Origin: an uncultured Ignavibacteriaceae bacterium
GTDB taxonomy: Bacteria; Bacteroidota; Ignavibacteria; UBA10030
Length of the DNA: 64,000 bases
Assembly: GCA_964362905.1 (NCBI GenBank)
Contig: CAYIHQ010000001.1
Span: forward strand, 65,163-129,162
Reading direction: 5' to 3'
A program made the position numbers and the translations under genes. A model generated the notes under the pieces. That model searched no databases and was not told where the DNA came from. It saw nothing but the letters and a program-made list of their open reading frames with translations. Below are positions 50,951-57,690 of the stretch, piece after piece (positions within the stretch are counted from its first letter, which is position 1; every line of letters begins with the position of its first letter).

Positions 50951-51494
50951 TCATACCAGCACCCTCTCGCCTGTACAGAAGGAGTAGCCGGCCGTCTTGA
51001 CACCCGGGCGGCCGACGATGATGGAGTCCGCCATGTCGATGCCGAACATCTCAGCCGCAGCCCGGATTCGTTCGGTGCAGACCTCATCATCCGGTGAGGG
51101 GGTCACGTCGCCGCTGGGGTGGTTGTGCGCCACGATGAACCCTGGCGCGGCGAGCACGATCGCCGGCCGCAGCACGTCGGCGGGGCGGCACAGAGAAGCG
51201 GTCGGCGTGCCACGAGACACGATCTGCGTACCGATCAGGTTGCGCCGCACGTCGACTCCACGTAATGTACACGCAGAGCTGCCCACCATACATGCTCTTG
51301 AAGTACCCTACATGCCGATCGCCGGCCATCGTCAGCCCCTGAGACGGGTGGCATGCGTATCCCAGGGCTTGCTCCAGAGCTAGTAGACTTTCGCGGCGTA
51401 TGTGCCGCAGAAAGGTCTTTCGCGCGATGCCTCTTCCCCGTTGAATCATATCACGGAGAGAAGCAACATCCGGGCAGTTGAATTGGTAGGTCAT
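50951..51494 (-). pseudogene. RadC-like JAB/MPN (JAMM) protein with an apparent +1 frame break between the N-terminal region and the JAB core
   Basis: The JAB core VDVRRNLIGTQIVSRGT..GFIVAHNHPSGDVTPSPDDEVCTERI..DSIIV is in ORF 50951..51289. A protein-like N-terminus (MTYQFNCPDVASLRDMIQRGRGIARKTF..) is in ORF 51087..51494, whose last ~65 codons are Arg/Ala/Pro junk. The ORFs overlap by about 200 nt. Confidence 0.55.
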
Positions 51495-52612
51495 CAGACG
51501 ACCTTGACCCGAGTAAGCACGGTCTGCCGAATCCCCTCCCAGGAATCGTGCTTCTTGACGGTGGCCTTGACCGCTACAAAATCCGAATCCGACCAGAAGG
51601 GCGATTTCTCATCGTAGGCCGGATCGTTGCTCGCCCACCACACGAAGGAGTGATGAACCTCGTCCTCGAAGGCGCAGCGGTAGGACGGGCCGTAGCTGCC
51701 CTCGAAAGCCCGCTTGTTGACGAGCCGCAGCCGCAGGCTCAGCCGCTGCCCGGGCGCACCAACCCACTCCGGGTTGGCCATCTTCCGAGCGAACTCCTTG
51801 CGCTGAAGAGTCTCCTGCTCGCGCCGATAGCTCGCCAGGAGAGAGACGGTCAGGCCCAGGTTCTCCGCGCCCACCGTATCCTGGCAAGCGATCGCAGCCA
51901 GATTGGCCAGATAGGTCGTGGGATTGTCGGTCCCGAGGTTGCGCGCCCAGGCCAGAGCCGCATCCACCTCGGTCTCCAGCTTCTCCGTCAGACGACCCTG
52001 CACGCGCTCCGCCCACGCGAGGTACTCGGCACTCGCACTCTTTTGCAGGGGAGGATGGAGCAGCCTGTCTACGCCATTGGCAGTAGACGGCTTCAGGCAC
52101 TCCTGGGAGACCTTTTTGGATACCCATCCCTCCTCGTCGATCACTGCCCCAGAGAGCAGCACGACGTAGCGCACGTCGAGCACGGCACGGCCACCGACAC
52201 CACCGAACGTGGGCTCGTAGCCCGTCTCTTCCTCGCGGAAGGCATCTAGACCCCACACGTAGGCGATCAGACCCCCGGGAGAGAGCTTGGTCGATCCGAG
52301 GAAATCCGCCAGGCACTGGCGCCCGACCTGGACCACCCGGCCGTCCTCCGCCTGGAGGATGAAGGTCTCCGCCCGGCGGCGAGCCTTCTGGCAGTGGTCG
52401 CAGATCGAGCCACGGTCGCGCTGATCCGCCGGGACCACTTGCCCAGGGACTTCCCGGATGATGGGGAGCTGGTCCCGGAGGGAGACCACACCCAGGAGCG
52501 CCCAGCCCCCAGGAAGACGGGGCGAGCGGCCCGAGATCGTCACCTCGACGAAGGGCTCACGGATGATCCGCACGAGCCGGAGAGAACAGCGCATAACTCG
52601 ACTGCGCTGCAT
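51494..52612 (-). CDS. Hypothetical protein (~372 aa)
   Basis: Track ORF 51494..52750; start uncertain (52750, 52612 or 52594). Contains ICDHCQKARRRAETFILQAEDGRVVQVGRQCLADFLG. Family not recognised. Confidence 0.55.
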   Translation of the reverse strand: MQRSRVMRCSLRLVRIIREPFVEVTISGRSPRLPGGWALLGVVSLRDQLPIIREVPGQVVPADQRDRGSICDHCQKARRRAETFILQAEDGRVVQVGRQCLADFLGSTKLSPGGLIAYVWGLDAFREEETGYEPTFGGVGGRAVLDVRYVVLLSGAVIDEEGWVSKKVSQECLKPSTANGVDRLLHPPLQKSASAEYLAWAERVQGRLTEKLETEVDAALAWARNLGTDNPTTYLANLAAIACQDTVGAENLGLTVSLLASYRREQETLQRKEFARKMANPEWVGAPGQRLSLRLRLVNKRAFEGSYGPSYRCAFEDEVHHSFVWWASNDPAYDEKSPFWSDSDFVAVKATVKKHDSWEGIRQTVLTRVKVV

Positions 52613-52731
52613 GGTGACCGAGGCGCGCGCTACATCGCCCGGTGCCGCGCATGCGATACCTACACCTCGGCCACGTTCGCGGGGCGCTACCTGGTCGGTG
52701 GATCGGGCGGTTCGTCCCGCTCCGGGTACGC

Positions 52732-52896
52732 CTACATCCCTTCGCGCCACCCGAGTGTGGTAGGCGGCCCACGCCAGATGCAGACAGCCACACCGGCGGC
52801 CGCGCGGATCACCTCATCCGCCTGCGCGGCGTCGGTGGTCGCGATGACCCACTCGACGCCATCCGTCGCAGGGGCATCTGGCCGGAGGCGGAACAT
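52732..52896 (-). CDS. Hypothetical small protein (54 aa)
   Basis: The ATG at 52896 overlaps the upstream TGA by 1 nt (TGATG). Confidence 0.3.
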   Translation of the reverse strand: MFRLRPDAPATDGVEWVIATTDAAQADEVIRAAAGVAVCIWRGPPTTLGWREGM

Positions 52897-53195
52897 CACA
52901 CATCCTCCTCGGCACGCACTGCGCGCGCGGCGGCCGAGTCCCATCCCACCGGCGCCGGGCCGTTACCCTGGAGCGTGCTCGGGCCTGCTACGATCGCCCG
53001 CCCACCGCCCACGCAGCCCTTCGTGCGCACGCCCGCGCAGCGCGGGTGCGCCACGCCCCAGCGGCTGCCAGCCCGGAGCAACAGGGTGTCGGCCAGCTCG
53101 AACGAGCGGTCGCCCGTTTGGGACTCGCAGACCACACACCGGCCTGCGAACTTCACCCCCAGACGGTTCACCGTCCAAGTCGTCGTGGTTTCCAT
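52896..53195 (-). CDS. Hypothetical protein (99 aa), first gene after the terminator
   Basis: The ATG lies 7 nt after the TGCTACACT element. Confidence 0.45.
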   Translation of the reverse strand: METTTTWTVNRLGVKFAGRCVVCESQTGDRSFELADTLLLRAGSRWGVAHPRCAGVRTKGCVGGGRAIVAGPSTLQGNGPAPVGWDSAAARAVRAEEDV

Positions 53196-53202
53196 GGGCA
53201 GA

Positions 53203-53211
53203 AGTGTAGCA
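53203..53211 (-). promoter_or_regulatory. Extended -10-like element TGCTACACT, 7 nt upstream of ATG 53195
   Basis: The minus strand reads TGCTACACT-TCTGCCC-ATG, immediately after the terminator T-tract. Confidence 0.4.
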
Positions 53212-53220
53212 CAAAGAAGG

Positions 53221-53256
53221 CGAAAAAAGAAGCGAAAAACTCAGCGCTTTGCTGAG
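53221..53256 (-). terminator. Rho-independent terminator after the XRE regulator gene
   Basis: The minus-strand RNA is CUCAGC-AAAGC-GCUGAG followed by UUUUUCGCUUCUUUUUUCG. The hairpin includes the stop codon at 53241-53243. Confidence 0.5.
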
Positions 53257-53591
53257 ACCTCCAGGGTACGCGCAAACTCCAGGAGTAGGCGCTGATCTCT
53301 ATCCCGAAGACGCACGAAGAAGCGCAGCAGATGCTGACGCGCATCAGAAAAGCCGAAGGCGTCGATCGCACGTAGACCAAGGAGATAATCCGTAGTCACA
53401 CCAAGAGCCGATGCCAGCAAGATGAGATTGGAGAGCGAGGGTAGGCGCCGCCCCGTCTCGAAGTTGGAGATGGCACATGCGGGTCTCAAACCTGTCTTCC
53501 GCGACAGCTCTGCCTGCGTGTAGCCCCGCAGCTCTCGCGCATTACGCAGATTCTTCGCAAAAACCACCTTGTCCAGTTTCTTCATCGTCAC
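53241..53591 (-). CDS. XRE-family helix-turn-helix transcriptional regulator
   Basis: LRNARELRGYTQAELSRKTGLRPACAISNFETGRRLPSLSNLILLASALGVTTDYLLG is a canonical Cro/C1-type HTH. Confidence 0.8.
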   Translation of the reverse strand: MTMKKLDKVVFAKNLRNARELRGYTQAELSRKTGLRPACAISNFETGRRLPSLSNLILLASALGVTTDYLLGLRAIDAFGFSDARQHLLRFFVRLRDRDQRLLLEFARTLEVSAKR

Positions 53592-53597
53592 ACCACA

Positions 53598-54152
53598 TTA
53601 TCCCACGTAGAGGTAGACAAAAATCGAAGGGGTGTGAGTAAAGCTCTCACAACCGGACAGGAGGGCTCTCACAACGATGGGCTCTACCTCATTCCAGTTT
53701 AGTCTCCCGAGCCCGCAGCCAAGACGAGGGATCGCAATGGAACTCAGCTTATAGTGGTGAAGAGCAGCCACCAGGGAGACCATACCGCTCTCGATGTAAT
53801 CCAGCCGAGAGGGCTGCTTCCAATACTGCTTCGTCGGGAAGTTGATGACAAAACGAGGAAGTACCCCTGTCTCATAGGTCTCGAAGACAAAGCACTTTCC
53901 TGGCACAATCTCACCACGTTTACACGCCGCTACGTAGGCCCTGTAGTTCGCCGGCCACGCCTTCTTGAACTGAGCGGCTAGCCCCTTCCCAGCGACCCCC
54001 ACGCAGTTCACGGGATTGACAATGGCTTCGACGCATTGAGCCCCAAGGAGGTCACCTGAGATGTGGGAGATGCAAGCTACGGACACCGGGAGCACCCCCT
54101 CCGCATCACGTAGGAGCCAGGATGCCGAAGGCACTCCTCGGGCTGTCGGCAC
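53598..54152 (-). CDS. Macrodomain protein (ADP-ribose binding/hydrolase)
   Basis: GDLLGAQCVEAIVNPVNCVGVAGKGLAAQFKKAWP and FVINFPTKQYWKQPSRLDYIESGMVSL..IAIPRLGCGLGRLNW are typical of stand-alone macrodomains of the TARG1/DarG-like kind. The start may be GTG 54086 rather than ATG 54152. Confidence 0.8.
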   Translation of the reverse strand: MPTARGVPSASWLLRDAEGVLPVSVACISHISGDLLGAQCVEAIVNPVNCVGVAGKGLAAQFKKAWPANYRAYVAACKRGEIVPGKCFVFETYETGVLPRFVINFPTKQYWKQPSRLDYIESGMVSLVAALHHYKLSSIAIPRLGCGLGRLNWNEVEPIVVRALLSGCESFTHTPSIFVYLYVG

Positions 54153-54745
54153 GTCCCACCTTGGTCGGCCACAGCAGCGAGTGCATCCTCACCCGTACAG
54201 ATACTATCATCTCCGCCGGGAGCAACGAGAGCGATCAGATCAGCTAGGGTAAAGACCAGCTCATCCACCATGGGCAGTCCAACAGAGGGATCCCCTGGAA
54301 TATGCACATGCCAGCGGGGGACGCGACGATACACCAATTCCATCCAGCCATCACCGATGTAGACGCAACCATGCTCTTCCCCCTGCACCTCTTCACAGAG
54401 AGGGCATTCCTCTTCCTCGATCCTGCCACTATTACTCCAGGGGCAGTCTCTCTCGCCGGAGTGGGTGTACCCCCTCACGCGGACCCAGCGTGCGTCCTCG
54501 AAATCCACGATCTCCGGGGCAAGATCACCAAACAGAGCGTCGTAGTAGATCGTGCGGAAATCCCCCTCATAGTCGCGGAACTCGCTCTCCACATAGTCCG
54601 GAACACCCTCATTCCACAGCGGTACCTCCATGGCGCTGCTGTCGTAGGGACCACGCGGCCCCTTGATCGACCAGGGAGTGTCCGCGAAATCGTCCACACC
54701 GAAGACGTGCGCGATTCGCGCAAGTTCTTGACTGTTGAACGTCAT
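54077..54745 (-). CDS. Strongly acidic hypothetical protein (222 aa)
   Basis: Met-17 (MTFNSQ) of the track ORF, directly after the upstream stop. Asp/Glu-rich runs: ESEFRDYEGDF, EIVDFEDARW, IEEEECPLCEEVQGEE. Confidence 0.55.
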   Translation of the reverse strand: MTFNSQELARIAHVFGVDDFADTPWSIKGPRGPYDSSAMEVPLWNEGVPDYVESEFRDYEGDFRTIYYDALFGDLAPEIVDFEDARWVRVRGYTHSGERDCPWSNSGRIEEEECPLCEEVQGEEHGCVYIGDGWMELVYRRVPRWHVHIPGDPSVGLPMVDELVFTLADLIALVAPGGDDSICTGEDALAAVADQGGTCRQPEECLRHPGSYVMRRGCSRCP

Positions 54746-55035
54746 CGCTGTCCCTCCGTCACTGCGGGTAGCACCCAGGGTATCACCCACCAACGCTCAC
54801 CATCTCCACGCAGGTAGCCATCGTCTCGCAGCATGACAAAACCCAGCTTCGCCAGGCTGCGTGCTGTGCGTACCTTGTGTGCGCGCACATAGATCCCACC
54901 CTGCCGACGCACTTCCTTCAGAAGGCTGCGTTGTGCTACCGAAAGCCCCTTCACGACGCATCCTCCTGCGTCGTCGCACCCTCGATTGCCTCCACGATGG
55001 TCGAGGTAGCTCGTTGTTTTCGTGCTGCTTTCCAT
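54742..55035 (-). CDS. Small basic protein (97 aa), possibly winged-helix
   Basis: Met-65 (MESSTK) of track ORF 54742..55227. The ATG lies 7 nt after TGGTAGTCT. LSVAQRSLLKEVRRQGGIYVRAHKVRTARSLAKLGFVMLRDDG looks wHTH-like. Tentative. Confidence 0.5.
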   Translation of the reverse strand: MESSTKTTSYLDHRGGNRGCDDAGGCVVKGLSVAQRSLLKEVRRQGGIYVRAHKVRTARSLAKLGFVMLRDDGYLRGDGERWWVIPWVLPAVTEGQR

Positions 55036-55042
55036 GTGCAAC

Positions 55043-55071
55043 AGACTACCAGAAAAGGAGCTGTCCCCTAG
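55043..55071 (-). promoter_or_regulatory. Promoter-like element CTAGG-N15-TGGTAGTCT, 7 nt upstream of ATG 55035
   Basis: The minus strand reads AAAAACTTCTAGGGGACAGCTCCTTTTCTGGTAGTCT-GTTGCAC-ATG. Divergent partner of the element at 55114..55122. Confidence 0.45.
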
Positions 55072-55113
55072 AAGTTTTTGGAAAAGTTTCTCTACTCTCA
55101 CCACCCTTCCGCA

Positions 55114-55122
55114 TGGTAGGCT
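55114..55122 (+). promoter_or_regulatory. Extended -10-like element TGGTAGGCT, 7 nt upstream of ATG 55130
   Basis: The plus strand reads TGGTAGGCT-CATCCGG-ATG. Confidence 0.4.
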
Positions 55123-55129
55123 CATCCGG

Positions 55130-55567
55130 ATGATCGCGGACATCGTGCGACGGATCCTACTTGCTCGCCACTCGGGGGACGCCCGAGCGGAGAGCGTGGC
55201 CACCACCTGGCTACTCCTGGAACACACCTATTGGGTGAGGGGGCTCAGAGGAGCATGGCACCTGGCTACTCACGCCCACCCCCTCGCCACTGAGCACTAC
55301 CGAGTGACCGTGCTCCGGGGCACCGTGGCAGAGCCAGCTATCTGGTATCCCCTACGACTTCGGGAGCGCAGCATCTTCCGTGACTCTGCGAGCACCGCCG
55401 CCTACGGAACGGTGGCAAAACGAGTCAACTTGCAGCGGGCACAAGAAGCATTCGAGAACATACGAATGGCATTCCAGCTCCAAGACCGGGACATTCTGCG
55501 GTATCACCCATCATCCCATCTTGAGGGTATGCTGTTTCAGTCGTTGGAAGCGGAACTGACAGCATAG
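55130..55567 (+). CDS. Hypothetical protein (145 aa), first plus-strand gene
   Basis: Met-37 (MIADIVRRIL) of track ORF 55022..55567. The ATG lies 7 nt after TGGTAGGCT. Confidence 0.5.
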   Translation: MIADIVRRILLARHSGDARAESVATTWLLLEHTYWVRGLRGAWHLATHAHPLATEHYRVTVLRGTVAEPAIWYPLRLRERSIFRDSASTAAYGTVAKRVNLQRAQEAFENIRMAFQLQDRDILRYHPSSHLEGMLFQSLEAELTA

Positions 55568-55569
55568 TT

Positions 55570-55663
55570 GTTTCGTTACTTAGTCTTGTGGGGTTCTATG
55601 AATCCAAACGCGAAGAAAGTTCGCGGACTCCGCAGAAACCCCAGAGAACTAAGAGACGAAAAC
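55570..55663 (+). other. Long imperfect inverted repeat (arms ~28 and ~30 nt, 36-nt spacer with its own cgcgaa/ttcgcg hairpin); candidate structured RNA
   Basis: The left arm gtttcgttacttagtcttgtggggttct is compared with the reverse complement of the right arm, gttttcgtctcttagttctctggggtttct. It starts 3 nt after the stop of 55130..55567. Confidence 0.5.
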
Positions 55664-55678
55664 AAATGGCAGATGGAG

Positions 55679-55699
55679 GAGAGAGAGAGAGAGAGAGAG
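55679..55699. repeat. (GA)10 microsatellite in the intergenic region
   Basis: Read directly: ggaggagagagagagagagagagagt. Confidence 0.9.
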
Positions 55700-55811
55700 T
55701 CCTTTTCGTCTTAGAAAGTAGGTGGATCCGCTACTTGAAATCGTCGTGATGTACATTCGGGCGCTACAATCATACTCCTGCTAATGCTCCAAGAGCGGGG
55801 GAAGCAAACCA

Positions 55812-56282
55812 ATGCGCTTTTTCATGCTGCGTAAGGCCGCTAGGCGGAGTCGCATTCTTCAGCACCGCCAAGCAGGTCAGTATGCAGTGTTTTCCGCTGA
55901 GAAACGATACTGGCCAAAGAAGGAAAACTGGAGGCGTAAGAAGAAGCTAGTAAAAGAGCTTCGCCGTATCGGATTTGGATTCAAACGAGTAGTTGGTAGG
56001 GGGCAGGAAGATGAAGGCGGCAAAAAAGTAGTCAATCTCGAACGCTCAGTCTTCGTCCCCCACATGCGAAGGACTACAGCCCATAGGCTGGCCAAGCATT
56101 ATCGTCAGGACTACATGGTGCATGGCAACAAGGGAGTTGCCCATCTTATCCATGTGCCTTCGGGGCGAACGGAACTCACTTGGAAGACCCTGAAGATGAC
56201 CCCTGCAAAGTTCGACTCCCTCGTTCGTGGGTGGAGCAAGAAGCTGCGGCAAAAAGGTCATCACGCGTACCACCAAGAATGA
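55812..56282 (+). CDS. Arg/Lys-rich protein (156 aa)
   Basis: ORF with GGGGGAAG upstream. Contains MRFFMLRKAARRSR..WRRKKKLVKELRR. Confidence 0.55.
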   Translation: MRFFMLRKAARRSRILQHRQAGQYAVFSAEKRYWPKKENWRRKKKLVKELRRIGFGFKRVVGRGQEDEGGKKVVNLERSVFVPHMRRTTAHRLAKHYRQDYMVHGNKGVAHLIHVPSGRTELTWKTLKMTPAKFDSLVRGWSKKLRQKGHHAYHQE

Positions 56283-56842
56283 CCAACTCTTTGTGCCTAC
56301 TGCCGCTGCTTCTGGCAGCATGCTCGTGCTCGTGGGGGCGCGTGGAGACACAAGTACAGGACGACGGGCTAGGCCTCATCGAGATCGAGGGCGGGGGCCA
56401 GCCGGTCGCCGAGCTGCCAGTCCACACCTATGGCTTCATCGACGCCTTCTCCGACGGAGCCCACTTCGGGCGGGGCAACATGCGCGCGGACCTGTGGCAT
56501 GGCCTCGGGCCAGTCGTGGAGGCGCAGATCGCCGGCCGAGACGAGACCGCGCGCGGCGGGCTGGCCTACTGGCCAGAGCTACCGATCGCCGTGGCTGTCG
56601 GCACGCACGCGACCATCGACAACGACGGCGAGCCGCAGGTGCGAGTGATGTGGGAAAGTCTCGATCTCTTCACCACCTTCTCCTGCGGAGGCTTCCTAGA
56701 CCAGAACTTCCCGGGCTGGATCGGCGAGGCACAAGTGAGGTACCACGCATGGCGACAAGCGCGACTGCTCGCGGAGATCAACTTGGTAACACCGAGCACA
56801 GACGACTGGTTCTTCGGAGTGGGTGTCCAATGGGCGTGGTGA
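56279..56842 (+). CDS. Lipoprotein, possibly an outer-membrane beta-barrel (187 aa)
   Basis: Met-34 of the track ORF forms an ATGA overlap with the upstream stop. MTNSLCLLPLLLAACS has a canonical lipobox (LAAC). The aromatic C-terminus is GVGVQWAW. Confidence 0.6.
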   Translation: MTNSLCLLPLLLAACSCSWGRVETQVQDDGLGLIEIEGGGQPVAELPVHTYGFIDAFSDGAHFGRGNMRADLWHGLGPVVEAQIAGRDETARGGLAYWPELPIAVAVGTHATIDNDGEPQVRVMWESLDLFTTFSCGGFLDQNFPGWIGEAQVRYHAWRQARLLAEINLVTPSTDDWFFGVGVQWAW

Positions 56843-57441
56843 AGCTCTGCCCCGTCGCCGATGCAACGGCGACGTACACGACGCTTATAGCGGTGGCATG
56901 CGCCTACTACCTCACAGCCACGATCGGCTTGACATTCGCCGTCCCACCTGGCTACGCCACCCTACTCTGGCCTCCGGCCGGGATCGCGCTGGGTGCCGCC
57001 TATGTATGGGGCTGGAAAGCCGCGTTGGCCGCGGGGTTCGGCAGCTACATGGCCAACCTCTGGGTGCCAAGCGCCACAGATCGTGCGATGGTGGTCTTGG
57101 CTGGAGCCTTGCCGGCAGTAGGTGCCGTTGTGCAATCTTGGGTTGGGGCGGTCCTGCTGCATCGCTATTGCGATCGCGATCTGCGCCGTTGGTCCGCATC
57201 CAATGTTGTACGCTACGCGCTGGTGACCATTGCGAGCTGCACAATCAATGGGGTCTGGGGACCAGCTAGCCTTTCGTTCGCTGGATTCATGGATCAGAGC
57301 ACAATAGCACACAACATCCAAACATGGTGGCTCGGCGACTGCCTCGGTGCGCTCGTCTTTGCCCCGCTGCTGATCTTTTTGGTGGGGGAGACACCTGTGC
57401 ATGGCAGAGAACAACGGCAAGAAGCTCGTCCTGAGTCGTGA
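56830..57441 (+). CDS. MASE1-like integral membrane sensor domain protein (203 aa), with no output domain
   Basis: Met-202 of track ORF 56227..57441. ATLLWPPAGIALGAAYVWGWKAALAAGFG plus several further hydrophobic helices resemble MASE1. Confidence 0.55.
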   Translation: MGVVKLCPVADATATYTTLIAVACAYYLTATIGLTFAVPPGYATLLWPPAGIALGAAYVWGWKAALAAGFGSYMANLWVPSATDRAMVVLAGALPAVGAVVQSWVGAVLLHRYCDRDLRRWSASNVVRYALVTIASCTINGVWGPASLSFAGFMDQSTIAHNIQTWWLGDCLGALVFAPLLIFLVGETPVHGREQRQEARPES

Positions 57442-57673
57442 CACGCTCCTGCCAATCGGAGCTGTCATCGCCATCGTTGGCACGCTGCTCGTACTGTCGT
57501 GGCAGGCACGCGGTGCGCTGGCCGAGATCCAAAAGGACATCAGTGAGCGGCCGACACGCGAGGAGGTCCAGAAGATGCTGGGCGCTGACGCTTCGTGGGA
57601 GGACAACATGCGGACGTGGATTCGGGTCTTCCGCGCGCAGGAGCCTACGCTAAAGATCCCAGACACACGGTAG
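57401..57673 (+). CDS. Single-pass membrane protein (90 aa)
   Basis: TM segment LLPIGAVIAIVGTLLVLSW. Confidence 0.5.
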   Translation: MAENNGKKLVLSRDTLLPIGAVIAIVGTLLVLSWQARGALAEIQKDISERPTREEVQKMLGADASWEDNMRTWIRVFRAQEPTLKIPDTR

Positions 57674-57690
57674 AACAATGAGGTAGGACA

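Noticed and set aside
52394-53295. Plus-strand ORFs of 271 and 217 aa (52394..53209 and 52642..53295)
   Set aside because: They are antisense artefacts of a GC-rich block, with Arg/Pro/Ser-rich translations that cross the terminator/promoter region.
53241-53591. The XRE regulator as evidence for a CI-type lysogeny switch or prophage status
   Set aside because: No integrase, excisionase, att site or divergent cro-like partner is visible in this window. The gene sits at the end of an accessory operon, which is more consistent with an Aca-like autoregulator.
55570-55663. Two ~28-30-nt GTTT...GAAAC-like elements separated by a 36-nt spacer, superficially like a mini-CRISPR array or solitary repeat units
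   Set aside because: The two copies are inverted, not direct. There are only two, they are imperfect, and no further repeat-spacer periodicity or cas gene is present. A stem-loop explains them better.
56227-56829. The N-terminal 200 codons of track ORF 56227..57441 as part of the MASE1-like protein
   Set aside because: This part is Arg-rich junk overlapping the lipoprotein gene in another frame. The hydrophobic MASE1-like sequence begins at Met-202.
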